Program-made: the position numbers and the translations under genes
Shown: positions 9,601 to 18,738 of the stretch, piece after piece
Layout of the letters: each line of letters starts with the position of its first letter
Numbering within the stretch: the stretch's first letter is position 1
Virus record (IMG/VR): IMGVR_UViG_3300028027_000054
Coordinates: 1-64,000 of that record
From: a virus
Length of the DNA stretch: 64,000 nt
Direction: 5' to 3' (one strand)
The notes under the pieces: generated by a model
Database searches by the model: none
Told to the model about the DNA's origin: nothing
What the model saw: only the letters and a program-made list of their open reading frames with translations

Positions 9601-11403
9601 CGTGCAGGGTATTATTATAACTCACCAGCAAGATCTATCAGTTCTGCTAAAGAGTGGGGTAAGAAAAGTAAACCAGTGACACTAAACCCGTTAACATGGT
9701 TCAACAAGCTTTCTACCAGGGAAAGACCTGGTGTGTTTGCTGGGGTTAATCCTAACTATGCTGAGCAAGAAGAGCTGAGGATGGACAAAGGTTCATACCC
9801 CTACAAGCTGATGGAGAAAGCCCGTGACCTGGGTGTAGACGTTGACTTTGATAATGCATCAGACCTGGAAGAGATTGTGATCAGAGGTGCTAAGAAAGGT
9901 ACAAACTATAAGAAGATGGCTAACGGAGGTTTACTATCCAGGTCAGTCAGCTGTTCCAACTGTGGTCATTCCTGGCAAGCTATAGATGGTGGACTAGATC
10001 CTCTGAGTTGTCATAAGTGTGGTGGTATGGTAAAGATGCAAGTGGGTGGACAGCGTGCTCCCATTTATACCAACAACCCAAATGATCCAAGACTAAGAGC
10101 TTATCAAGATAGTTTGTCTCTTTCTTCAAGACCAAGAAGGAACCCTAACCCTATGATTTCTGTGAGCAACTTTGATAAACTACATTATGCTGGGGCATCA
10201 AAAGCCTATGCAGAAAAAAACATAATGCCTGTCGGGTTTAGAGACTTTTCTACAGAGCCTTATAGAGCATCAGAACCTGTCTTTGCTAAGCCAAAACAAA
10301 GGGTGGAATATAGGAAACCACAACCTGCAGTAGCTCAACAGCAACCGCAGATATTACCAGCTCAACAACCTACTACACCTGCTTACAGGATGCAGGGAAG
10401 TACACCAGTATATGGACCGTCTAATAGTCTGATAGGAATGATGAACCAGCAGTCTGGTGAGTTCTATCCTGACTACATGAACACAGCAGGCCGTGCCCGT
10501 GTTAATCAGGCAGATGCTGATATGATAGGTAACCAGCAAAAGATACTGGAGTATTTGAGAATGAAGGGTGTTAACAATGCTCAGGTAATTCCACAGAAAA
10601 AGAATGGTGGACAACCCGGTATTCCTTTAGCCCAAGATGGCTGGGTACAAAGAGCAGCTAACGCCAACCTTAACTTCTGGGAGAAATGCGGACTTGCATC
10701 CGATGCTAATAATGGCGGAGGTGGTGGAGGTCCATGGAGTGGAGGTGGATATAAGTCTGCCAAGTATAAAAATCCATATGAAGAATTGAGTGACATAGAC
10801 GCTTATGATAAAGACGAGCGTAAGTCATTTAAGAGTACACTTCCACAAGGTGTGGACATAAAAGACTGGGTGGCATTTAACAGAGATGCTTCTAGAATGA
10901 ATTCATTGCTGAGTAATCCTGATTATGATAAATATGTAGACTCTACAGGCACGCTAAAACCTGAGTACCAGACTTCTGCTACACAGTTTGATCCCTACTT
11001 TTTATACTATAAACCTGCGTTTATGGGTAAGAAATCGGTTACAGCAAACGACATCATGAATTATCACATGAACCAACCGCATGGTATTAGTGGGTTTAAA
11101 GAGCTAGCTAACAGAAGGTACATGCCTCAAAAACACTATGGTGGTAATCTATATAAATCAGGTGGACAACATGGTGGGTTGGACAGATGGTTTGCAGAAA
11201 AGTGGGTAGACGTAAAGACCGGTAAAGACTGTGGAAGACAAGACGGAGAAAGTAGAGCAGGTTATCCAGCATGCCGTCCTTCCAGAAGAGTATCATCCCA
11301 GACACCAAAGACTTCTTCAGAAATGAGTGCTGCTGAGAAAGCCAAGTTTAAAAGAAGCAAGACAAGCAGTGAACGTATAAACTATAATCATAAAAGAAAC
11401 TAA
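6610..11403 (+). CDS. virion cargo polyprotein with GG-delimited modules, including NlpC/P60(CHAP)-like and lytic transglycosylase-like domains
   Basis: 1597 aa with repeated xxxGG motifs. Papain-like Cys (GCSKQA, 8545), GDIV and His (THNGMV, 8851). SLT-like GQET / GPAQI / YYYN. CxxC..CxxC module. C-terminal GLDRWFAEKWVDV module. Confidence 0.6.
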   Translation: MNKLLQLMMDMGNVSHKMLPKFQSKGEVSPTWMKQLPPALKIGQRAATPVYDNISNLAALKAQAEMDIKAKKQAAINAMRYKQGQIKSLPKETLWSNVLDGASKAVAIAAHPVTAASYTVKGQRIPDNFQRANVNNYDLGLSILNPGSVAYSASEIPGNIADGDYTSAAFNTMGTLPALGLAPALLKKTNPLLYNVSKQLAKEGNYGKMAAIHALSAVDGAGPMIMKTPGLKQLYKKAAYNVASKSGGDQSIEPTKVFKKVFFPKSQSSYANYAGSTSREAAERDLVRQYIYGDSPGFEQIDIKPYGLEKYVDRYGDMNVYKMRSKVPHGEALELDKNSSFADAFQDALKKSGGNDAAKQRGYVTMALNQFANPVSPIDDVAGHTARLSKTLPDGYKLTSQDIWKFHPDDYLQKWGTGVDRASQSMRPSDYVTYLQAKLLERAGKPFVLMQENPLKWIDNAPVENVRKIDLPKDVFKSYSADDLINNPNLDENALLDNLNSIELFDAVKDNSNGILKRKIKKQGGPIVDPRGQWAHPGQRTMVPTPTGQITMKGVPYPVYGQDETGYGQMMMPGGEYRFPGQMVDEIPMMRGGGEEDNEEPTLMRNRRVGTIRKPIAKVNLRPVYDMKAPVWEDWYVKNCPDGVGCSKQATISAQKITGLPYSSYAPADAGYRDAVAERYGLTNVFDQEGDQKRNANSRGKGWKYPSSQDFKNWKAGDIVTLDKGDDLYFPYSAPGGFSEKDNSNLTHNGMVYGFDKSGRPIIKHGYQTGKNRGRGITEVLGDDGRVSSFGHGKYAIKSVWRPKEVNDDNTINTVVDVVDDGQARATRKKNTTSNQSFYVKDDFTDTNSPADYFSGAVNRSETKQRLVDMFNNEKLDKELQYKLGMTADEVDNIKPVIYGVFGQETNFNDVNNMGAAPKEILGSILGVGSRGPAQIKLDSLSKDERKILGIKRASDLEKDDVSYKAAMLLLNNARKRMNMEVEQGTHPELQNADEYFRAGYYYNSPARSISSAKEWGKKSKPVTLNPLTWFNKLSTRERPGVFAGVNPNYAEQEELRMDKGSYPYKLMEKARDLGVDVDFDNASDLEEIVIRGAKKGTNYKKMANGGLLSRSVSCSNCGHSWQAIDGGLDPLSCHKCGGMVKMQVGGQRAPIYTNNPNDPRLRAYQDSLSLSSRPRRNPNPMISVSNFDKLHYAGASKAYAEKNIMPVGFRDFSTEPYRASEPVFAKPKQRVEYRKPQPAVAQQQPQILPAQQPTTPAYRMQGSTPVYGPSNSLIGMMNQQSGEFYPDYMNTAGRARVNQADADMIGNQQKILEYLRMKGVNNAQVIPQKKNGGQPGIPLAQDGWVQRAANANLNFWEKCGLASDANNGGGGGGPWSGGGYKSAKYKNPYEELSDIDAYDKDERKSFKSTLPQGVDIKDWVAFNRDASRMNSLLSNPDYDKYVDSTGTLKPEYQTSATQFDPYFLYYKPAFMGKKSVTANDIMNYHMNQPHGISGFKELANRRYMPQKHYGGNLYKSGGQHGGLDRWFAEKWVDVKTGKDCGRQDGESRAGYPACRPSRRVSSQTPKTSSEMSAAEKAKFKRSKTSSERINYNHKRN

Positions 11404-11414
11404 GAGTATTTCCT

Positions 11415-13505
11415 ATGGCAAACAAACCTAATAACCCTTCTCTGTGGTCTAAAGCAAAGTCCTTAGCCAAACAGAAATTTGACGTCTACCCTTCGGCATA
11501 TGCTAACGGCTGGGCCGCTAAGTATTATAAAAGCAAAGGTGGCACTTGGCGTAAAGCTGAATACGGTATGCAAGTAATGGGTGACGGTGGCATCCCTGAT
11601 AATGAAGGCTTCAACGCTCTTCCTGAAAGGGTTCAGCAAATGATCATCAGCCGTATGGAACAAGGTGGAGAGAAAATGCCGCCAGAGATTGCCCGTGCAC
11701 GTTTTGCTGCAGCAGGTAATCTTAACCAGATGGCTGACTATGGTTATGCATGTGGTGGGTATATCCCGGAAATGATGTATGGTGGCATGGACTATATGGC
11801 CGGTGGCGGAGAGCCTAACGGTGGTATGGCACTGGGTCAGATGTCAGCTGTTGCTGAGAAGATGAGTAAACTACGTCAGTTTGTTTCTCCAGAACAAAAC
11901 CTGGATCCATGGATTGCATCCAAGCTTGCTGTAATGGATCATAGTGCAGATGCTATTTCTGATTACATGATGTATAATCCTGAGGCTCAGGGTGAAGAAC
12001 AGGAAATGATGGAAGGTGGTGGTTACGTAGTATCACGTAGCAGTGACCGTAAAGGAAAGACTCACAAAGTAACGGGTCCTGATGGTACTGAGAAATACTT
12101 TGGTGATTCTAATCTTGGTCAACATCCTAAAGATCCGGAGCGTAAAGCAGCATTCTATGCCCGTCATAAAAAGAACCTGGATGGTAATCCTTACTTCCGT
12201 GCTTTTGCCAGAGCAACCTGGCAGGATGGTGGACAGATAGATGAAATGAAAAATGGTGGGTCTACTTATTCAAATGGAGTATTTTATCAAACAGGTGGTG
12301 AAGCACCACGTATGGAAGATTACCCGGACTATGGATCCTGGAGGTCAGATTTTGAAGCTTATCTCATGGCTGCTAATGATGCACAGGTACCATCTAAAAG
12401 TCCTGGTGTAAGTAGGGTAAATGGAGATGATGAATCTTATGATGCTGATGGTAACTACTATCCTGGTAAAGAAGGTCAGAGGTATATGGATGCATTAAGT
12501 AATAGTAATCATCCAGATCATATAGCTGCACTAGATGCTGCTAACAGAGATAACTATACTATGATGGTTCCCTCTATCAGAATTGCAGACAAAGCTCAGG
12601 CTACCCCTAAAGCTCTTCCTGGTAAAAAAGGACAGGGTTCTGGCAGTATTGTAGACTTCCTAAACTCTAGTGGAAATAAAAGTGACTATGCCACTCGTAA
12701 AGCTCTTGCTGAAGAGCGTGGTATAGCATCATACAGAGGAACTGCAGACCAGAACATGATGTTGCTCTCCATACTGCGTCAAGAAAATAGTGCAGCTCCT
12801 GTTACCAGACAATCTGCTTCTGCAGACTATGACATGAATAGCAGTAACATGCTCAGAAGAGGTTACGTTCCTCCAAGCAACCCGTTCATATTTGGTGAGA
12901 TGCCACAAAGACAAGCTGTTGCAAAGGAAAGACCAGTTGTAAAAACTCCTGCTGCAGCTAAAGTTTCTGCTGCTAAGAAAGTAAACGCAGTCAATGCTAA
13001 AGATGCAGAAGAGTCTATGACCTTTGCCAAGTATAAAGCAAAAGATCCATACTTCTTTGCAGAAGAATCTGATTCAGGATTTAAAAAAGCTATTGACATG
13101 CCTTTCACATATCTAAGAGACCTGGGTGCACGAACTGTGTTAGACAAGGATGTTATGGCACTTGGACAACTGCTCTCTCTCGGTGCAGGGTCAAGTTTGC
13201 TTAAAGGAATAACTCGTGCAGGAATATCTTCTAGATTTAACAAATTTGTAGACGATGCCCCAGATGATATCGATGATGCTGGTTCTATGGTGTGGAAAAG
13301 TAATAACAATACCATTCATGGAATGCGTGCTGCTGCTGCAGAAATTATGAAATCTCCTGGTAGTCTGAGTGCTTCAAGAAAAAAAGCATTGTCTAACCAG
13401 AAGCGTAAACAAGAAGGTGGACCTGTAGTTGGGCAAGAGATGGAAGTAACACCAGAACAGCTTGAACAACTCCGTGCACAAGGTATTCAGTTTGAAATAA
13501 TCTAA
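11415..13505 (+). CDS. virion cargo polyprotein with GG-delimited small modules
   Basis: 696 aa with about 10 xxxGG motifs. Modules: PSAYANGW, WIASKL, KYFG..DPERKAAFYARH (DUF5754-like) and SIVDFL..RKALA..YRGTADQN (DUF3597-like). Confidence 0.6.
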   Translation: MANKPNNPSLWSKAKSLAKQKFDVYPSAYANGWAAKYYKSKGGTWRKAEYGMQVMGDGGIPDNEGFNALPERVQQMIISRMEQGGEKMPPEIARARFAAAGNLNQMADYGYACGGYIPEMMYGGMDYMAGGGEPNGGMALGQMSAVAEKMSKLRQFVSPEQNLDPWIASKLAVMDHSADAISDYMMYNPEAQGEEQEMMEGGGYVVSRSSDRKGKTHKVTGPDGTEKYFGDSNLGQHPKDPERKAAFYARHKKNLDGNPYFRAFARATWQDGGQIDEMKNGGSTYSNGVFYQTGGEAPRMEDYPDYGSWRSDFEAYLMAANDAQVPSKSPGVSRVNGDDESYDADGNYYPGKEGQRYMDALSNSNHPDHIAALDAANRDNYTMMVPSIRIADKAQATPKALPGKKGQGSGSIVDFLNSSGNKSDYATRKALAEERGIASYRGTADQNMMLLSILRQENSAAPVTRQSASADYDMNSSNMLRRGYVPPSNPFIFGEMPQRQAVAKERPVVKTPAAAKVSAAKKVNAVNAKDAEESMTFAKYKAKDPYFFAEESDSGFKKAIDMPFTYLRDLGARTVLDKDVMALGQLLSLGAGSSLLKGITRAGISSRFNKFVDDAPDDIDDAGSMVWKSNNNTIHGMRAAAAEIMKSPGSLSASRKKALSNQKRKQEGGPVVGQEMEVTPEQLEQLRAQGIQFEII

Positions 13506-13508
13506 CCT

Positions 13509-16160
13509 ATGAAAATACGTATAACAGGTAAGTCATTAAAGAAGGCACAGGTAGGCAAAGACTTCCCTAAGATCTCTATGCCTGCTCCCATATTTGATCC
13601 AAATAACATACCTAAAGAAGAAGCTCCTGAAGGATACTTTGATCAGAAGCCTCTTCGTGAGTTCAATGAGTCAGGTATAGGTCCTACTTTTGAGATGGAT
13701 GAAATGGACAAAAGATACCAGAATGATCCCCAGGCCCAGATGGAGTATGACTTTAGCCTTTATGGGTATCATCAAACCAATCCTAACAAAGACAGCAAGA
13801 ACTATAACAAGTTCATGCAGAACAAGTACGGAATAAAAGATCCGGCTAACAAGCCAAACTTTGGAGCTTTGTCTGCACTGATTGGAATTGGTTCTAATAT
13901 CACTGACTTTGTTACGGATAAGAAAAAACAACGTGACTTTGACAGCTACATGCGTGAGCAACAGATGAGTGACAACCTGTTTCCCAGTGTCAGTGGCTCA
14001 CGTGGAGACTATGTTAACACCGGAACTACTTTTGGCATGTTCCGACCTGATCAATACGTTGTAAATAAAGGAATGTACACTGCTGAGCAAGGTGGTGAAA
14101 ACCCAATACCTATGAATACTATAAGAATAAGAATCATTGATGGTCCTGAGCAGATGGCTTACGGTGGACAGTCCGGTTATGGACTTGACCTTGGTCAACG
14201 TAACACATATTCAGAAATGCCCCAGGGGATGTCTGAGAGTTTTTCCAGTACCATTGGTGCCGTGCCCCGCTCTGCTGCCAACATAGAAGCAGAAGGTGGA
14301 GAAACCCTTTACGGAGACGTAGACGGTGATGGTGTAAATGAACACATGAAGATCTCTGGTCCCCGTCATAGTAACGGAGGTGTACCTCTTAATGCCCCTG
14401 AAGGTTCTTTCATATTCTCTGACACCAAGAAGATGAAGATCAAAGACCCTCAGATCTTATCTGCATTTGGTGTTAGCTTCAAGAAAGGTGGGGTTACCCC
14501 GGCTAGCATTGCAAAGAAGTATGACGTCAATAAATATAAGGCCATCTTAGAAGATCCTAATGCAGATGATTATGCTAAGTCTACTGCTCAGCACATGGTA
14601 AAGAACTACCAGGATAAACTGGGTAGGCTGGCCATGATCCAGGAAGGAATGAAAGACTTTCCTCAAGGTGTGCCACAGGTAGCACAAGATATGATGCAGG
14701 CTTCTCAAGGTTTGACCGAGGCAGCTTATGGTGGTTATATGCCACTTCCTAAAGCTCAAAAAGGTAAACAAACACCTTCTGATGTAATATTTACACCTGA
14801 GTTTCAGCAAATGCTTGCAGATCTTAAAGCTAAGCAGAACGTAAACATGGTGTATTCTCCAAGGATTATTGCTGGAGATAATAATGTTCCAATGATGCAA
14901 GGTAGACAATCTTCAGGTTTGTACGGGGACATTACTCCTGCCGAAATGGACGAGTTTAAGAAGCGTCATCAATGGTATTTTAAAGGTCGTCCAAACTGGA
15001 ACTTTAAAAACAAAGCAGAAGTAGAAGATTTTCAGAGAAAGTATGATGATGAATATGCTAGAAAATACGGTTACAGTTACTTTACAGAAAAGAGAAAGTT
15101 TGATAAAGTAGATGGAAAACCTGGTGAGTATACTTATAATGCTCCTGGATTAGAAGATGAACCTCAAAAGCCTGTAACCCAACCTAATGGTGGTTATGTA
15201 TGTACAGACAACGGTGTTAAATATGTAGGGCCTAATGATCCACTCACTGGATTTGAAGCCTACGGATATTATGCCACAGAAGCTGAAGCAAGGGCGGTGT
15301 GTAAAGGTAAAGATCCAGAACCTGGTCCAAATCCTAATAAAAATACATTCACTGGAAACGAGCGTTCACCGTTTGGGTATATGACTCCGGACATGGTTAA
15401 CATGTTTGCGGCTGCAGCACTGCCTCCCAAGAAGTATCTGCCCTACATGGCTCCTTATAAGACCATGACAGCTGATCCTACCTTCTATGATCCTAATCGT
15501 GAGCTGGCAGCTAACGCTGAGCAGGCTAATATCCAGAGTCAGTATTTGTCCAACTTTGCAGGTCCCCAGTCTTTCCTGGCTAACACTGCTGCTGTACAAG
15601 GCAGGGCTGCTGAGAATGCAGCTAATATCATGGGCAGGTATAACAACCTCAACGTTGGTGTAGCTAATGATTTCTCTGCAAGACAGGCTGACACTAAGAA
15701 CAAAGAAATGGTGGCCAATGTAGAAAGATCAAACGAACTCTACAAGGGTAACGTCATTGCTAACGAGCAGTACAGAAATGCCAAACGCCAATACCTGAAC
15801 AACATAGCCAAGACCTTTGGTACTGCCTGGAACAACAGGATGAACCTGGGACTCATGAATGCAACCAATCCTATGTACAACATTGATAACATATCTGGTC
15901 GTTCTTTCTTTAAGAAAGGCTATGATGTATCTAAGCTTGGTACAATGGGTAGCGGTGCCGGTGGTGACTGGGCTTCTATTGGTGCAGACTTTATGGATGC
16001 ACGTTCCAAGTCTGGTATTGCTGATCTCTCTTTTGATCAGTACTTAAAGATAAAAGGATACAGCACCAGCTCTGATAAGAATGGTGATGGTATTCCTGAC
16101 CAGACAACCAGGAGAGCTACCGCAGCTAAATTCGGAGGATACCTGACTTATCCATTTTGA
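13509..16160 (+). CDS. virion cargo protein with GG motifs
   Basis: 883 aa. EAEGGE..GPRHSNGGVP..FIFSD motif of the kind seen in crAss-like cargo proteins, an N/Q/A-rich helical C-terminal part, and GG motifs up to the C-terminus (AKFGGY). Confidence 0.6.
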   Translation: MKIRITGKSLKKAQVGKDFPKISMPAPIFDPNNIPKEEAPEGYFDQKPLREFNESGIGPTFEMDEMDKRYQNDPQAQMEYDFSLYGYHQTNPNKDSKNYNKFMQNKYGIKDPANKPNFGALSALIGIGSNITDFVTDKKKQRDFDSYMREQQMSDNLFPSVSGSRGDYVNTGTTFGMFRPDQYVVNKGMYTAEQGGENPIPMNTIRIRIIDGPEQMAYGGQSGYGLDLGQRNTYSEMPQGMSESFSSTIGAVPRSAANIEAEGGETLYGDVDGDGVNEHMKISGPRHSNGGVPLNAPEGSFIFSDTKKMKIKDPQILSAFGVSFKKGGVTPASIAKKYDVNKYKAILEDPNADDYAKSTAQHMVKNYQDKLGRLAMIQEGMKDFPQGVPQVAQDMMQASQGLTEAAYGGYMPLPKAQKGKQTPSDVIFTPEFQQMLADLKAKQNVNMVYSPRIIAGDNNVPMMQGRQSSGLYGDITPAEMDEFKKRHQWYFKGRPNWNFKNKAEVEDFQRKYDDEYARKYGYSYFTEKRKFDKVDGKPGEYTYNAPGLEDEPQKPVTQPNGGYVCTDNGVKYVGPNDPLTGFEAYGYYATEAEARAVCKGKDPEPGPNPNKNTFTGNERSPFGYMTPDMVNMFAAAALPPKKYLPYMAPYKTMTADPTFYDPNRELAANAEQANIQSQYLSNFAGPQSFLANTAAVQGRAAENAANIMGRYNNLNVGVANDFSARQADTKNKEMVANVERSNELYKGNVIANEQYRNAKRQYLNNIAKTFGTAWNNRMNLGLMNATNPMYNIDNISGRSFFKKGYDVSKLGTMGSGAGGDWASIGADFMDARSKSGIADLSFDQYLKIKGYSTSSDKNGDGIPDQTTRRATAAKFGGYLTYPF

Positions 16161-16216
16161 TTTTGTAGAGGTATATAAACCTCTCAAGTTTAATGCTAAA
16201 CTTTAGAGATTTTTCA

Positions 16217-16233
16217 GTATATTATAATGTAGA
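16217..16233 (+). promoter_or_regulatory. putative phage late promoter, GTATATTATAATGTAGA
   Basis: 16/17 identical to 57441..57457. Both copies are intergenic, preceded by AGATTTT and upstream of + strand (virion or lysis) genes. Confidence 0.55.
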
Positions 16234-16235
16234 CT

Positions 16236-18725
16236 ATGGCATCCTTCATACCCAATGTAACTGATATTTTTCCGGACCCGTCCATGTACAGACCGGACTT
16301 CTCATTCTTAGACACCATGCTAAGGAGAAGGCAAGCTATGTACAACCAGGGCTTTGCCGAGTTGTCTAGTAAGTACAGCAGTCTTGCAAAGAACCTGACC
16401 AATCCTTATAACTCTAAGGTGAGGAACCAGTTCCTGCAAGAAGCCCAGAACGAACTGAAGAACCTTTCTGCCATGGATCTTTCCCAGCAGCAGAATGTTC
16501 AGACAGCGACAAACGTATTCACCCCTCTATATGGCAATCAGAATGTAATGGGTGATCTTGCTGTTACCGCTCACTGGGACCAGCAGGAACAGATCGCTGA
16601 GTCTTTCCGTTTAAAAGATGGGGGAAAAGAGTTTAGCCAGGACAACATTGACTTTGTAAGGATGCAGCGTAATGCATTCTCTCAGGACAGACCTGAAAAT
16701 GTAGGTTCTTACCTGGGCAGCAAACGTTCTTATACTCCGTATTATGATTACGCCAAGGAGTATAAAGAAGCCATGGCGGCATACAAGCCAAATAAATCAA
16801 AGATCAGCAGGCCTGATGGTCGTGGTTATATGATCACAGAAGAAGACGGCTCTTATGACGCTGAGGATGTAAAGCTCTATTTGAGCAGCGTGCTCAGTAG
16901 TAAAGCAAAAAGCCAGATGGCTATTGAAGGTGTAGTAAGATACTCCAACAACCCTGCTGTATTTGATACGTATACCAAAGGTCTGGGTAAAACTGAAAAG
17001 TTCCTACAGACAAGGATTCAGGAGTTTGAAGGAAAAATGATGGCTGAAAAGGATCCTGCAAAAAGACAGGAATACCAATCAGGTTTGGACATGCTTAAAG
17101 AAAAGCTTGAGGAAGTTGGTGGTGAGAAAGTAAACATGCAGAACCCTGATTACATCAGCAGAAACAAAGAGAACATAGCCTCTAACCTATACTACTCTGA
17201 TAAGATCGCAGAGCTTTCTAAAGGGTATGCCCGTAAAGATTATACCTACGAGATCAAAGCCGACGATACCTATCTTACACGCCTGCGTGAAGCTGGTCTG
17301 AACCAAAGACACAGAGAGACACTGGCAGACAACGAAAAGAACCGGTCTAATGATCGTCTGCTCAAACAAGTGGATCTGGGTCTGCTCACCTTTGATACCC
17401 GTGGTAACATTGTCCGTGTTCAAGACCAACCGTTTACAGTACCTACTACGGAAATGAAAGAAGGGTTGGGTTATAAACAGTTTCAAGAGCAGAAGAAGTC
17501 TGTAGAAAATGCCCAGATAGATGCCCGCAATAATCTTAAGAAATACTTCTACGCTACCAATCCTATTTATGAACAACAGGGTATTAAGATTACTGACCCT
17601 AAAGTAGAGGCAGGTTTTGACCAGTTTATTACTGATCAGACAACGTTGTTAAAAGATAATCCTAAGAGTAATCAACTGTCTACAAAGTTCTTGCAGTTTA
17701 GAAGTACGGTAGAAGCTGCACAGCTTCAACTTGCAGGCTTTGCTGAAAAGGAAAGAAAAGCTAACGTTGCTTTTAAAGATGATCTAAAAGGTGTTAGAGA
17801 AGAGGTTAATAAAATCTTTGGGGGTGGGTCTAAAGAATTAAATATGTATGATCCTTCTACAGGTAAATACACCAAGGTTAAAATAAATGCTGACAAGTTT
17901 ATAGAACTGTATTTGAACTCTCCTAATAATTATAATCTAGGACCTAATACTAAAAATGGAGTGGTAGACGAGAATGGTCTGAATATTGTTATTGATGGAA
18001 AAAAGATGACTTTTTTAGCAGGTACAGGTGCTGAATTCAAGCAAGCCTTTAAGCTTTTAAGTTCTAATAATGCATCTATTAGCAATGCTACTAAGCGTTT
18101 TAATCAGATGTATGACCAGCAGTATGTTCAGAATGAAGTGATGCTTCGTCCTATTAACGAGAAAGATCCAGTGGTGATAGCTGCTAAAAACAACATGCAG
18201 AACGCTACATTGGTTAGTGCTGACAACATTGTGATCAGCGGATACAACAAAGGCAAGTACATGTTTGGTTTTAAAGCAGGTGTTAACAAAGACAACCTTC
18301 CTTCAGAAGAAGAGTTGGCTGCCATGGGTGTAAAACGTGCACCTGGGTATACCGATGAGAATCCAAAGTTTGTGGTAGAGAGCACCTTATTTGCTCCACG
18401 TACCGGTGAGACTCAGTATAGTGCAAGAGAACAAGTTATTAATGACTTCTTCCAAGGTATGGGTAACGCTACAGAGAGTGATCGTGAAGTGGTGTATGGA
18501 ACTCCTTCAGGTATGTTGACAGTAGGTGAAGGTCTTAATCCAATCCAGATTATTAAAACATCTCGTTACGGACAGTCAGACACCTATGACATAAAAGATG
18601 AGTTAACCGGTATTATGATTAATGCTGGTGTTCCATTAAATATTGATATGGTAATAGAAACCATGAGAAAAATTGAAACAGATCCTACGTTCTTTTCAAG
18701 GATGAGAAATCATAAATCTAAATAA
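16236..18725 (+). CDS. virion cargo/ejection protein
   Basis: 829 aa, helical, no cysteine. Located in the cargo block. Confidence 0.55.
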   Translation: MASFIPNVTDIFPDPSMYRPDFSFLDTMLRRRQAMYNQGFAELSSKYSSLAKNLTNPYNSKVRNQFLQEAQNELKNLSAMDLSQQQNVQTATNVFTPLYGNQNVMGDLAVTAHWDQQEQIAESFRLKDGGKEFSQDNIDFVRMQRNAFSQDRPENVGSYLGSKRSYTPYYDYAKEYKEAMAAYKPNKSKISRPDGRGYMITEEDGSYDAEDVKLYLSSVLSSKAKSQMAIEGVVRYSNNPAVFDTYTKGLGKTEKFLQTRIQEFEGKMMAEKDPAKRQEYQSGLDMLKEKLEEVGGEKVNMQNPDYISRNKENIASNLYYSDKIAELSKGYARKDYTYEIKADDTYLTRLREAGLNQRHRETLADNEKNRSNDRLLKQVDLGLLTFDTRGNIVRVQDQPFTVPTTEMKEGLGYKQFQEQKKSVENAQIDARNNLKKYFYATNPIYEQQGIKITDPKVEAGFDQFITDQTTLLKDNPKSNQLSTKFLQFRSTVEAAQLQLAGFAEKERKANVAFKDDLKGVREEVNKIFGGGSKELNMYDPSTGKYTKVKINADKFIELYLNSPNNYNLGPNTKNGVVDENGLNIVIDGKKMTFLAGTGAEFKQAFKLLSSNNASISNATKRFNQMYDQQYVQNEVMLRPINEKDPVVIAAKNNMQNATLVSADNIVISGYNKGKYMFGFKAGVNKDNLPSEEELAAMGVKRAPGYTDENPKFVVESTLFAPRTGETQYSAREQVINDFFQGMGNATESDREVVYGTPSGMLTVGEGLNPIQIIKTSRYGQSDTYDIKDELTGIMINAGVPLNIDMVIETMRKIETDPTFFSRMRNHKSK

Positions 18726-18738
18726 CTAAGTAGTTCCC

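Noticed and set aside
10711-10750. GGGGGGPWSGGG run as a DNA repeat element
   Set aside because: The codons are mixed, so this is a protein linker rather than a nucleotide repeat.
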